Assembly (NCBI GenBank): GCA_016748015.1
Contig: JAAOMT010000012.1
Span: forward strand, 124,001-188,000
Source of the DNA: Geosiphon pyriformis uo1
Lineage: Eukaryota > Fungi > Glomeromycota
DNA length: 64,000 bases
Direction: 5' to 3'
In this document: one piece after another, positions 14,888 through 28,138 of the stretch
How positions within the stretch are numbered: the first letter of the stretch is position 1
Layout: each line of letters opens with the position of its first letter
The notes under the pieces: generated by a model
Seen by the model: only the letters and a program-made list of their open reading frames with translations
Told to the model about the DNA's origin: nothing
The model's database searches: none
Position numbers and translations under genes: made by a program

Positions 14888-17162
14888 TCAAAGCCATCCC
14901 GAGGGAATTTCTACTTTCTTCAGCAAATATTCTAACAGATTATCAGAAACTCCAGTGCAAAGACATTGTATTTCCGCTTTCTTGCCTGCGATCAAGATAC
15001 GAGAAAGCTCATGCCTTTTGAGATATCATTATTTATTAGACCAAAAGTTAGTAAGCGGATCAGATAATTGTTATTATTACATCCAGGAATTTTTTTATTA
15101 CCTCCATTCTTCCTTGAAATAGTCACGTCGAAGCAAGCTTAAAGCCTTCTTGTGATCAGCATACGTAATTGGTAATAAATCGTTCATGGAAATATTGAAT
15201 CTGAAGGAGGAAAAGATTTTGGACCTTATCCATTGTATTCTTTGCTCGATGCAATCAAAATGTTATTTATAAATACCTGCGCCAGTCGTGACAATGTACT
15301 CCAAGCCACTGTACATCGGGCGTTGCGAGGTTTTCGTTATCGAATGACATTGACTAAAGAGTTTAAAATTAGATTCACAAGCCTCAACGCCATGTTGAGA
15401 TGTAAATCAGCACTTACCGTCGATCCACATCTGTATACGCTAAAAATGTCTATTCCTAGTAACCCATTTTATGAAGAAAATCATTTTAGAAAATAGAATG
15501 GCTAAGTGGGCTGAAAAGTCATATATTACCATAAGGATCATTATCGAATAAACCTAAAATTGGGATGCTTGTTTGACCGGCATAACCATGATCAATTTTC
15601 TTCCAATTGGGTGGGTTTCTTTTGATTTGATCCGCAATGAGTTTAACTAATTGGCGTGTTGCCAAATCCTTTGTATCAAGGGTATATTAATGGCCATAGT
15701 AAATTCATATAATATAACATGCCAACTTACTGGATAGCCTTTACCCTAAGAAAGTGTATGTTACACTTAATAGTTTCCCTAAACAACACATCTTATATGG
15801 AAAGAAAACAAACCGTGATCATTATGCAAGCACCAAGCATTTGAAATATTTCATTTGAAAGCATATATTGAAATGTGGCCTGTTGAAATGAAAAAAGTGT
15901 TATTTGGCACCCAAAAATAGCTTAGGTAAAAGTTGAGATTTAATACTACCTCTTTTTCAATAATAAATACAAACTTGACTTGGCTAGAAATTTCGATTCG
16001 TTTTTTATTAATATTAAATAAGAATTTAAATAATTTAAAAAGAATAAGCTAAATAGCCGTCAAAAAAGGATATTATTGATTAGCTCCAGTGTTGGAATTA
16101 AGGTCCCCTTCAATTTTTGAATTGGTTTTGGGGTGGCAAATATTAGTTCAAAATACAATTGAAAGGTAAAAATTGCTTTTTTTTTTTAATGAAAAAATTC
16201 ATGCTTGAATCATTGCCTGATAGTTAATGGGCGAGCAATCAAGAATTGTCCCGTCCTTCTGTATAATCTTGAGTTCTCCAGCTACCAAGCCCTTCGCTGA
16301 AGCTGTCTATAAAAGTATATTATTAAAATTTTAATAGTGAGTCAATAAATTGTGGTTCAATTGGGAAATTTCAACTTACAACGTTCAAACAATAACGGGG
16401 TACTTGAAAAAGACATGCTAATTCGTCGATTCCCTAAAAAAAAAACAGATAAAAAGGGTACTTTTCTTTGGAATTATGTGGTATTTTTTTTTCTTACTAT
16501 GTCAACTGTATGTTGAGTTCCGAATAATTGGACGTCTTTGTAATAAATATCACTAGTGGTGAAAAGAAAAATCATAAATTTTCCTTTGGCAAGTTAGAAT
16601 TCTAATTGGTAGTCTATGTGAAAAAAACCGTTTTGTAGCTGTCGTGTTCTGCACCAAAAGCTCATGAATAATCTCCAAGAGTCTGATAATAACTGCGAAA
16701 CTGTGAGGATTCTTTGACGAAAGAAAATTCAAATGTTTCGACGCGACTAAATGGTTTCTCCTTAGTGTACCAGTCTGTGAATCATAACTATTAAATTTGT
16801 ATGAAACAAAAAAAATTAAAAAATGAGACTGAGGTGTTTAAGCATAATTTTTGCTTATTTGATTTTCTCGTACCGAGTGTACATGTATTTCCTCGCTAGT
16901 GCGTTTGAAACTGTTTTTATTATTAGAGGATTACCATTTGCAAGATCATGTAAGAGTTTTTCTATGATCGATTCGATTTTTAAAATTACCCAGGTTCTAT
17001 GAGGAAAAACCAAAAAAAAAAAATTTTAAATTTTAAATTTTTTGCTCCAAAAATTTCTATCAGCTTTCTTTGCCTTGGTCGAAAACTAGTTTTGATAAAT
17101 TCCATCGCAGGAGGAATAATATTGACTTCATCTTGGTCTTGAACGGTTATCGGAACTTCCAT
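14888..17162 (-). CDS. SPO11: Meiotic transesterase Spo11 (Topo VIA family), multi-exon, apparently intact
   Basis: Manual splicing gives TATKRDIYYKD (catalytic Tyr), LNVTASAKGLVAG, Toprim FVFIIEKEATF, ITGKGYPDLATR, LFDNDPYG (DxD) and KKAEIQ. Absent from the ORF track because the exons are short. Needs one AT-AC and two GC-AG introns. Confidence 0.93.
16000..16073 (-). other. U12-type (minor spliceosome) AT-AC intron in SPO11
   Basis: Minus-strand donor ATATCCTTTT and acceptor ...AAAAAC; removal joins ELIN-A|GA-IEISSQVKFVFIIEKE in frame. Confidence 0.85.
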
Positions 17163-18110
17163 TTTGAGAAATCAAGTATTAAGTCAAATATCAAAGTTTC
17201 CGTGATACTTTAGGGAAAGCTTCTAAATACGTCATTTAAAATGATATTTCGATTTCCTGCAACTAAATGATGAGAATTCTACCAATATATCAGTTCTCCT
17301 GATATCATTAAAAATTAAAAAATATGGTATTCTAGCAAATCTGAAATCAAGAGTTTTCAGGAAAAGAACCAAGACTCAAATTAAAAACCAAAAAATACAA
17401 ATATTCATATGTATTGATTTTGTAATATTTACAAGTTAGATAAAATAATTGTTTAGTTTTTTAAAAAATATTTCAAGATATTATAATTTTAGCCAAATTA
17501 TGTTTTGACCTTAAACAAAAATATATATTTTTAATTATTAATTAGTCAATTTTTTTTTTAAAAACTATAATTTTAGTTTCGTTACTTTGGAGAATATAAA
17601 AAATTTTAAATTTTCAAGATAAAAGTTAAATTATTAATATATAATTATAAAAGTTAAATTATTAATATATAATTATACAATTTAAATTATTAATATTATT
17701 ATAACTCTTTCTCTTCTTATTTTCATGATTCCAACCAAAGCAAAAAGTAAAAAAAAGAGACAATTTACACTTTTTTTATAGTAACAAAGAAAACAACAAT
17801 CCAAAAAGCTTTCTCAGTTATAAAAACAGCTAAACTAAATATTATAAAAGTATTTTCTTTAATTAATACTGATTTAAAACAACCAAAAATTATTTTAATA
17901 ATATTCTTTTCTTTGATTAAAAGTAACTCTTTAGTTAAAATTTTTATTTAACCAGTATACTAAGAACAGCATTAGTTTTGTGTTTTTTGGAAACTTTAAA
18001 TTTATTATTACTGTTTTATAACCTGCTTTTTTTATTTAATACCAATTTTTTTTATTAATCTAGTTTTATTAATTAAAACAATAACAATAAATTTCAACTT
18101 AATTATAAAC

Positions 18111-18147
<37 letters not shown>

Positions 18148-18714
18148 TATTTATTAAAATAAATACTAATTATTTTTTATTAAAAAAACAAAATAAGTTA
18201 TGTTCTAATATATACTTTATTTAATTATTAAATAGTCTTATTTAATTCAAAAATTGGGTTAAAACAATATATTTTTTTAAAACTATTGCATTATTAAATT
18301 TAATAATTAAGAAATTATTATTATTATTAAATTTTTTTTAAGTAAATAACTTTTATTTTCGTGTTTAATGTTTTTTTTTAAAGAATAATTGGCTTATATT
18401 AAAATTATATTTTAATTATTATATAATTTTGTTAGTCTTAAATTAAGTATTAAACACAATATTAAATTGTTTTGTATAAATTTTGCATTTTAAATTTTTT
18501 TAAATAATAATATTAAAATTAAACTTGTTAAATTACTTTTTATATATATATAAGCTTTTGGTTAATTTATATAAAATATAAATATTATTAAATAAGCAAT
18601 TAAACTAATTTTTAAAAAATATATTTTTTAATAAAATGTCCAAAAATTGTAATTTTAATTAATGTATTTTATTGTTTTTGTTTTTGTAAAATAATTTAAG
18701 TAATTTTGAATTAA

Positions 18715-18760
<46 letters not shown>

Positions 18761-19326
18761 TATTGTTAAAAAAATTTACATAAAATAAATATAATAAATA
18801 ATTTAATCATAAACATTAATATTAAAAAACTCAAATATCAAAATAAAAAATATAAATAACACTTGAAAAATAGAATTGTAATTAAAAATAGTTGGTTTTT
18901 TTTATTAAATACATTATAAACATATTAAAAAATCAAATTTTGCTTAAAAAACAGTATAGAAAATAATGCACCAATCAAAATGCTGGACTTCAACAAAAAG
19001 TTGCAACCAAAATGGTAATAGCCTTAATTACAAATAAATTTTAATGAACATTTTCGTCTACTTAGGTTCCAAACTAAAAATGAAACCAAATCCCGGATAT
19101 CTACAAACCATATGTTAAGTAAGATGGAGAATTTCCCAAAAAACTCGATTTGATCATCTTTCTAATAGACATTGAAAAATTACTATGGACTAAATTCAGC
19201 TTGTCGTCTACTTAAAATCATGTCGAAGCTGCTGTTAAACTTTGCAACTTGGCCAGTGAATGAGGACATGTTGAGCAAGAAAGATGGGCATATGAGAAAA
19301 AATTGTAAAATTAATTTGTCTCTCGA

Positions 19327-22300
19327 TTATCCATCAAGAGAATGCAGGCTAGATTGCTTGGTTGGAGATATTTCCATCTTTTCCTCTAGTATTGCTTGCT
19401 CTAACGGTGCTATATCACTCATTTTCTGTGTGAAATAAAAAATTATATAATTTAAAAATAGAATAATTGGTACAAATATCATATAATTAGCAGGTTAAGA
19501 AATCTTAACCTCATTAATTAGTTCTAAAGCCTTGTTCCTAATTTTATCGGCCCATATTGTGAGTGTATCTTTGCCATTATACTGATGACAGTTATCAACC
19601 ATCAATTGAATATCTCTCAAGAATTCAGAAGCAGTATGATACCGGAAATTCTTGCAATTCTAAACGAATAACATTTATGAGGTAAAGTCTAATAAGAAGA
19701 ACCAAAAAATCGAAAAGAATAATTGCCTCTTTGATAGTTCCCAGATCCATTGGATGTTGAATTATTTCATGATATTGTGGGGCATTCTTGACAGGTTTCA
19801 TAAATGGGACAGCCTAAATTGAACAATATTAAAATTAGAAGGATGCACATCAATCCAAAAGAAAATTTTAAATAGATAGACATATTTAAAACCTCATCCA
19901 TTGCAAATAATGCATAGCAAATTCTTTGAAGAACATTAGACAATTCAACGTCGGGTCGACGTCTGCCGTGACCGTAGCTTTTAACATGGGGACGAACATA
20001 ATCTCTAAAGTGTTCTTGTTCAGTTTCTTTACGCTTACGCTTTTCACCTGTAATAATTACAAATTACTATAAATAATTACAAATTAATTCCTGAAAGCGA
20101 TAATACATACTTGAGGATTTGTTCCCTTGTGCTAAAGATGCTTCTGTTACTCTGTTTGAAAGCTCAAGTTAAAAATTGACGCAAAAATATCATTGCTAAC
20201 AATTATGTATAATTTATTTCATGCTCACTTTTCCACCACAGCCTTTGATATTGATATTTTGGTTCCTTCCATTTTAATTATAGGTTCCTGTTCAAATGGA
20301 GGGTCTTGTGAAGTAGAAGAGGAGAATAGCTCGGATTGTTTGTCGGGATTCATTTCTTTAAATTTTTTGCACTTTCGGTTAGTTTTCATATGGCCTAATT
20401 CTCCACAGTTTCCACATCGACGCTATATATAGGATTTTCAAATGGATGAACTTTGAAAATAAACTATAAAATACTCGCGTCTATTAATGGTTTTATCTTA
20501 ATCTTACAATAGGCTCCGGTTTTTTGTCTTTTGGATTAGAAGTAGATCCCTCTATCGAAGTCTCGGCTTGTCGCGCAGCCATACGTTGAAGACGACGTTC
20601 TTGATTTCGCTTGAGTTTTGCCAATTGATCTTGGATCCTTGAAATAGGTCGACATAATAATAAGATAAAACTCTTAATATAAAAGATTGATCCTAAAATA
20701 CCTTTTTTTCAAGCGCTTATTTTTTTCCTCATCATTTGTGGGTTCCAATTTATCAGCACTGACAATAAGTATTGAACAGATTTAATTAAAATAAAATAAA
20801 TACATATATGCCTTTACTTAAAATAATAACTGACCTCGTTGTTTGTTCTTCGATCATGTGTCTATGCCGCATGTATGCATTTATGACAGCCGGATCTATC
20901 ACATCTTCAACTTGAAAAAGTTCTTCACCTGAGCTCATCCTGATCTAATTTTACGGAGGAAAGCGCCAACCCGAGTTTCAGGCTAATAAATAAAAATGAT
21001 GAGATACTGAAAATACTTGCTATTGGTCAATTTACCTTGCGAGTAATGGTGAGCCTTCTATTGCGATGAGATCCATAGGCATAGCTAGCTCTGGATCCCA
21101 TACTGCCATCAACGGAGTAATTATCATCCAGGTCACCCGATGAAAACATCGAAGGAGAGGAAGCCGAAGAGTATGTATGATCCTCGTCGAGTTCTGCCTA
21201 GTTTAAGATGTTAGTAATATTATCGCCAAAAATTGTAGCTCCTCTAGCTTACCTGATGTAGTTCATTATTATTACGAGATTCTTTATAGTGTTTTTCTTT
21301 AGATTCTTGGACATTGCCCGATTCGTCAAAAATTTCTTGTTTATTACTTAATGAGTTATACTGTGCGTTCCATATACGATCTATCTAGTGAAAAGTTTAA
21401 AAGTTAATTTTTATCTCATTTATTATAGAAATTCACTTATGCTAAAAGAATCCTATTAAAATGGAGAGAGAAAAATACTTCTTCTTGGTATCTTTGTTGT
21501 TGCTCTGCAACACTGTACTTGTGGGCACTTTTGGGTAATTTTTCGATTTCAGCTATTGTGGATTGAGAAGACGATTAGTGATGAAATGCTAAATATTGAG
21601 GAAGAAATTTGTTACCTTGTTTATCCTCGGCGGATTCCCCAACCTTCAAAAAAATATCTTTCATAGAAACTCTAATGAAACTAAAGCCTTCATCTATCCC
21701 AGTAGGATCACCATCACCGTGAAGTTTTAACATAGCTTTATTCTTGATATTAAATTTAAATTTGGTAGATCGAGATAATGTTAAATAATTTCAGAATAAA
21801 AGAACTTGATTAAATTGTATAAAATGAGGCATGAAAGATACCTGTGTGGCGTTCAAAAAATTACGTGTGGTAATCCACGGAGCTAGTTGTTCTTCGATGG
21901 AGAGTTTAGATTCATCTCCTTCTTCTTCGCCGTTTCCCGACTTTCCAACATTTCCATAACCAGAATCCAGTAAATGACGCTGACCGACCAACATGCTTTC
22001 GTATAGGCATATCTAGAAAAGATTAATTTAAACTATTAATATAAATGAAAATGCAGATGCATCAGATCAAATTATATTTACCATTTCTGGTGTTAACATT
22101 GTCCTTAAGTCTTCTTCACTTGGGAGATTTTTTGATTTTGATCTCCAGAAACCTCTGTTAGTTCCATTTCGTTGAAGCTCGGCAAATTCCTGCACAATGA
22201 CCAAATCGATAGTTAAAAATTAGATACTATTTCCCATAAAACGGAAAAGAAATTCAACTCAAGAATGTAATTTGATACCTTGAGACGTTGACGTATTTGC

Positions 22301-25300
22301 AATTCACTGTATTCCTGGAATTGTTTTAAGAGCTTTCCTAGTTTTAGTCGATGATTTGGATTTTTTTTCATGAGCCTTAATGCAGCGACTTGCAGTCGAT
22401 TTTTGATCGTTGTCGTTACTTTGCGCGAATGTGGACCAGGTACTTCTTGCAGTGGATAAGTTTGACCAACGACGAAAAGATTGTTGATTTCTCGTATATA
22501 ATATTTCGTCTTTCCTTTGTATGTATTTCTGAAATTCACAAATAAATGAGATAATTAGAAATCTCTTGAGGTGCTTGATAAAATAATGCTTACTTAATGA
22601 CAAGAAAATCGGAATCTTTTGGACTATGCATAAACAAGGGTGCTCTTATCAAATTATTGAAGATTGCAGGCAAAATTTGGCCTGGTTCAACGTCGCCAAA
22701 ATTCATAAAAGGAGAGGCATCTGCTACATCCAATATTACAGGTTCACCAATATCAAGCTGAGATATTAAGATAGGAAATTTGAATCAGATTTCTCTAGAA
22801 AACCTAACAAGAAATGGAAAAGTATACACTTACTTTTGGAATTGTCGTATCATTTTGATCAGTTTTTCGATAATAGTTGAGCAAAAGACTGCCCATTCCG
22901 GTGTTTGACATAACTGCAGGATACTCTTCCTTCAAATATAATAAAGAAGGCCCTTGTAATAGACTTGATGAAGAAACAAAAAATACTGTTATGTGAGAAG
23001 TTCTCTTACAGAATATTCCAGTAAAATAAAATTGCTATTGTCCTTTAGTGTCAGCTCTTTGGAAGTTCGCATCATTTCTGCAACTTTGTGCTTCATTTTA
23101 CGTTTCTTCATAGAGTTGACCTTGGAAAATCGAATTTCTTGTTCGACTGGAAATTGTATTGATGTACGATGAAAAGCACGTAATTCCGCTTTACTCAATT
23201 TGGTCTTGAACTAAAATTTTAAAGATAAGAATAAGTAATTTTTTTGGTATCTATACGACATCAAAATGTACCAAGAATTTAACTCACGTATGGGATCTGT
23301 AATTTTAAAGCTGGAATAGAATGTTGGACAACAAGCTGGCCATAAGTTTGTCTTACTCTCTGATCTCTGCCATCACGATTGGTGTCGTAGGATGTATCAC
23401 ATGAAATATTGAATCGATCAGTCTTAATTCGTTTTGTAAGAGGAATTTTCGGTATTCCTCCACCAGGATACTTTTCCAAAAGATCATAATCACTAGCCTT
23501 TAGACAAAATTTAAATTTCCGGGTCAATTTAATATGTGTGAGAGGAAGTATTTAACCATTAGAATATGTGATTCCTACCTTTGAGGTATTCTTTCTTAGC
23601 GTCCCTTTTTTTATAGTTCCTGGATAAAATAAAATGAGATCGGTACTTTTGCTAACAGATAATGTAACTTTATATTGCCGGATTTTAATTTGCCCTACCA
23701 CTTTTTGTCTTGAAAGTTGGAAGAGAAAATTCCATAAGAGATCTATCAATAGATCCATGAGTCTCCCTAAACTCCAAATTTTGATTTATCGAGTTTTGAG
23801 TTTTTTGGCTAAAATCCCATAATATAGAATTCACCCAAGATCCGCGTTCCAACTCTAAGGATTTGGGATTGGCCTATTAATTCAAAATGTAAAGACTTAA
23901 GATAATCATTCTCAAATAGAAACCATCTTTAATCGAGAAAATGTATTACCTGATATGCTTTACGAAAGTTCCGCAGACTACCAGAAGGAAAAAGGAAATT
24001 TAAATTTTTGTAAAATAATATGGGAACTCATAAAATGAATACCTATATGCATTATCGTCATCCTCCCAAATGATATCATCTTCCCATGAATGCATCATTA
24101 AGGGGTTATAAATATTTGAAAGATTGGCCAAAAATTTTTGTTCATTAAATTTAAGGTCAACCTCCTCCTGAATTTGCGGATTAAAAATATGATAAATAAA
24201 TATACACTGATGTCTTATATTCAGAAAAAGGCTCTCACCTGAATCTCAACATTTCCATTTTGATGGGACTCACACAGAGGCTTCATAGATTTTGATCCAA
24301 ATGGTCCATTATTTTGTGTTTGAATTGAAAAGAAATCATTGTTATTTACAGATTGTTCCAACAATTGCCGATAAAGTTTGCGATCATCATCTTCAAATGC
24401 GAATTCACGGCGGACCAAGCTAGACACTTCAAATATAATTTCTTAAATATGTAAAGAAACGTAAAGATGATTTAAAAGATTAGATCGATATTAATTATTC
24501 ATGAACCTTTTGGAGTTCGCAATTGAATTTTGCGTCGAGGAGGAACTTTAGTAGCAAATAGTTGGGTGAAGTTTAGAACCTCATCTTTTTTAAATGCGGG
24601 ATACAAAGATGTGATATCAGGCTGTGGTGGTATAGAAAATGTTTCGGGGGCAAATGATATTGATTTCTCCCATACAGGGGTTTCTGAATGCGAAATGAAA
24701 AGAAGAACCTTTAGGTTAAATGTGTTACCCGTCTAAACTCTAAAATCTCGAAAAATTGGAAATAGCTACTCTCAGGAACTCTGCGATCCGGATCAAGTTC
24801 AGAGACTTTAATTTCAGATTTCACACTTTGATCATAATCTTCACCATAATCTTCGAGCGATGAATGAAGAGAAGGTAATAATATTGGCATTGTCAATGAA
24901 CGTTTGAGGTTTATTAGACTGTGTACACCCTGTGGATAGTATTTATTCAAAACAATCGGATCTTCTGCAGCCAATTCATCAATTTCGAAAAAATCTATGG
25001 CATTTTCTTCAGGTTTTATGCTAGAATTCTGAAAGGTAGCTTGGACGCTGCCTTTTTCAAGTTGTTGTTCTTTAACCTCAGCGAAATCCAAAGAGACAGG
25101 AAGCAGCTTTTCGAAAAATTCTCCTCCATTTTCAGTGACGTGCTGTAAGGATTGTATAACTTCCTAGAAAACATAGTAAAAAGGTCAATGAACAAAATTG
25201 ACTGATTCAAAAGTGAAATCAAACTTCAAAACTTACCTCATCTAAACCATTGTAGTCGATTTGGCCTTCTTCGTCAACGTTCCCAAAGAGAATACCGGCT

Positions 25301-25311
25301 AGGGAGTCCAT
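19327..25311 (-). CDS. TAF1: TFIID subunit 1 (TAF1) with zinc knuckle and one C-terminal bromodomain, many short exons
   Basis: N-terminal MDSLAGILFGNVDEEG; LTLKDNSNFILLEYS; VGQTYPLQEVPGPHSRKVT; EQLAPWITTRNF; RRCGNCGELGHMKTNRKC; PFMKPV...YHEIIQHPMDLGTI...NCHQYN. Confidence 0.93.
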
Positions 25312-25693
25312 AACAGAGTAATGTTTTGAAATTGATTAGAACGGTTAGAACCAGAAAAGCACTTTATCGGAAAATACCGGCTAACATACAGCTGCTATTC
25401 GATAAATTATTATAAATCGGAATATTCTTCGGTAATTGAATAGGTTTGCAATCAGTGATTCGTCTAAAATCACGTTGTATTTCCGCGGATATTTTGCCTG
25501 CTATGAAATAGGCAAATTTCAAAAGCCAGGTAACTGTATATTATATTTTTGCAGTCTAGTCGAAGCTTTATTAAATATTCCCAAACGATTGGCCACTGGA
25601 CTTCAACTGATCAACATTACCATTCTTGATATATAATGGGAATGGTACATGTCACTTTGCCAAAACGAATTCTACATTATTAATAACATTAAA

Positions 25694-27842
25694 ATGTCGA
25701 ACGGCAACGAAATTCAAGTTCACCCAGTGCCTGAACGCTTGAAATCACCTGATTTTCCAAAACCACATATTAACTCCTTTGAGCAATATCAGGAGCTTTA
25801 CCAAGAGAGCATTCAAGATCCAACTGCTTTTTGGGGAAAAGTGAGTTTATAGACCGATGATTAGCAAGCAATTGATATGAGAAAACACCTTTTTTTAGCA
25901 TTAGTTACAAATCGTTCAAGTTATGCAATTTATTCGTTTCTATTTTTTTAAAAAAAGCTCGCCGAGGAGTTGCTTCATTGGGATAAACCTTTCAAGACTG
26001 TGTTATCCGGAGGATTTTTGCACGGTGACGTGACCTGGTTCTCGGAAGGTGAGTTGAACGCAGCTTATAACTGTGTCGACCGACATGCGTTAAAAGATCC
26101 GGGTAAGGTAAGTTACCAAATCGTAAAAATTTCCATTTTCCTTCAAAGTTGATTTTATATTTCATATCCCTAAACAGGTTGCCATAATTTATGAAGGAGA
26201 TGAACCGGGGATATCCCGACAAATTACATATGGGGAGCTTTTACGCGATGTTAGTCGAATAGCCAATGTTTTAAAAAGTTATGGTCTAAGGAAGGGGGAT
26301 ACTGTAGCAATTTACCTACCAATGGTTCCTGAAGCAGTTGTTGCATTCTTGGCGTGCGCGAGACTTGGCCTAATTCATTCTGTTGTCTTTGCGGGATTTT
26401 CCTCGGATGCCTTACGTGATCGTATACAAGATGCTGCCAGTAAGCTTGTCATAACTTCTGATGAGGGTCGCCGTGGTGGAAAAATAATTAAAACCAAGAA
26501 AGTTGTGGATGATGCTATAAAGGAATGTCCAACTGTCGAGCACGTTCTTGTTTTTCGTCATACTGGCTCCGAAGTACCCTTTAATGCCCCACGAGATCTT
26601 TGGTGGCATGAAGAAGTTCAAAAGCATCGACCTTACTGCCCACCAGAAAGTATGAAAGCAGAAGATCCTCTGTTCTTACTATACACTTCTGGATCAACGG
26701 GAAAACCAAAGGGTCTTCTTCACACAACTGCTGGTTATCTTTTAGGAGCCGCTACAACACTGAAATATGTTTTTGATTATCATCCAGGAGATGTATATGG
26801 ATGTATGGCTGATATTGGATGGATCACGGGGCATACATATATAATTTATGGTCCACTCTGTAACGGTGCAACCACTGTTTTATTTGAATCAACACCAGTT
26901 TACCCAACACCAAGTCGTTATTGGGAAACGGTCGCCAAGCATAAAATCACCCAATTTTATACTGCACCAACCGCAATTCGTCTTTTACGTAAATTTGGCG
27001 AACAACATGTGGAAGGTCATGACTTATCAAGTTTAAGGGTGCTCGGTTCGGTTGGAGAACCAATAAACCCTGATGCTTGGGAATGGTATCATGAAGTGGT
27101 TGGCAAGAAGCAATGTGCGGTAGTCGATACTTATTGGCAAACAGAAACTGGATCTATCGTTATCACTCCATTGCCTGGTGCTATATCCACCAAACCTGGT
27201 TCTGCTACATATCCATTTTTCGGTATCGAGCCAGTTGTACTGGATCCAGAAACTGGGGAAGAGTTAAAAGGCAATAGTGTTGAAGGTGTCTTGGCTATCA
27301 AAAAACCATGGCCATCAATGGCACGTACAATTTACAACAATCATCACCGTTATATTGAAACTTATTTTAATCCATATAAAGGGTATTACTTTAGCGGTGA
27401 TGGTGTTGGCAGAGATAAGGACGGTTATTACTGGATCCGTGGCCGTGTTGATGACGTTATAAATGTGGCTGGTCATCGTTTATCCACTGCAGAAATTGAG
27501 TCTGCCCTAATTATTCATCCGGCTGTTGCCGAGGCAGCCGTCATTGGTGTCAATGATGAGGTGGCAGGCCAAGCTGTCAATGCTTTTGCCACTTTGAAAC
27601 CCAATCAAGAAGTTGATCACAAAGATTTGATATTACAAGTGAGAAAAGTGATTGGCCCATTCGCTGCCCCCAAAAAGATCTATCTCGTGTCCGAATTACC
27701 GAAAACTAGAAGCGGGAAAATAATGCGAAGAGTTCTTCGAAAAATAGTTGCTAAAGAAGAGGATCAATTGGGTGATTTAAGCACATTATCAGATCCTTCG
27801 ATTGTCCCAATTTTGATTGAAAAAGTTCGCACATCTTTATAA
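25694..27842 (+). CDS. ACS: Acetyl-CoA synthetase, 3 exons
   Basis: Exons 25694-25840, 25958-26107, 26179-27842; [38 protein letters not shown]. An in-frame upstream ATG exists at 25649. Confidence 0.97.
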
Positions 27843-28138
27843 ACTATATTGTCCACGTGTAAACTGACCCAAGATACTTTAGCGTATTATAGATTTGTAA
27901 TTACATTTATACAACTCATAAACTATTGTAATTTGAATTTTGAGCATCTCACCTAAATCTTTTGGAATTGGAAATTAGAATGTTTAATATATTACGTTGC
28001 AAGGATGGGCCAGTTTGGATTATAGAAAAATATAATGGGCGCAAAAACAAGGAAATAATTCGAAGAAATTGTTCATTAATCGATGGCATATATTTCCAAA
28101 TATATTATACTTTGAATCGTTTATTTAACCACTTAATG

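Noticed and set aside
14880-15496. Plus-strand ORFs of 80 and 87 aa
   Set aside because: Antisense to SPO11 exons.
17700-18100. Possible decayed TE fragment (also about 32250-33100)
   Set aside because: Too eroded to assign a family by eye.
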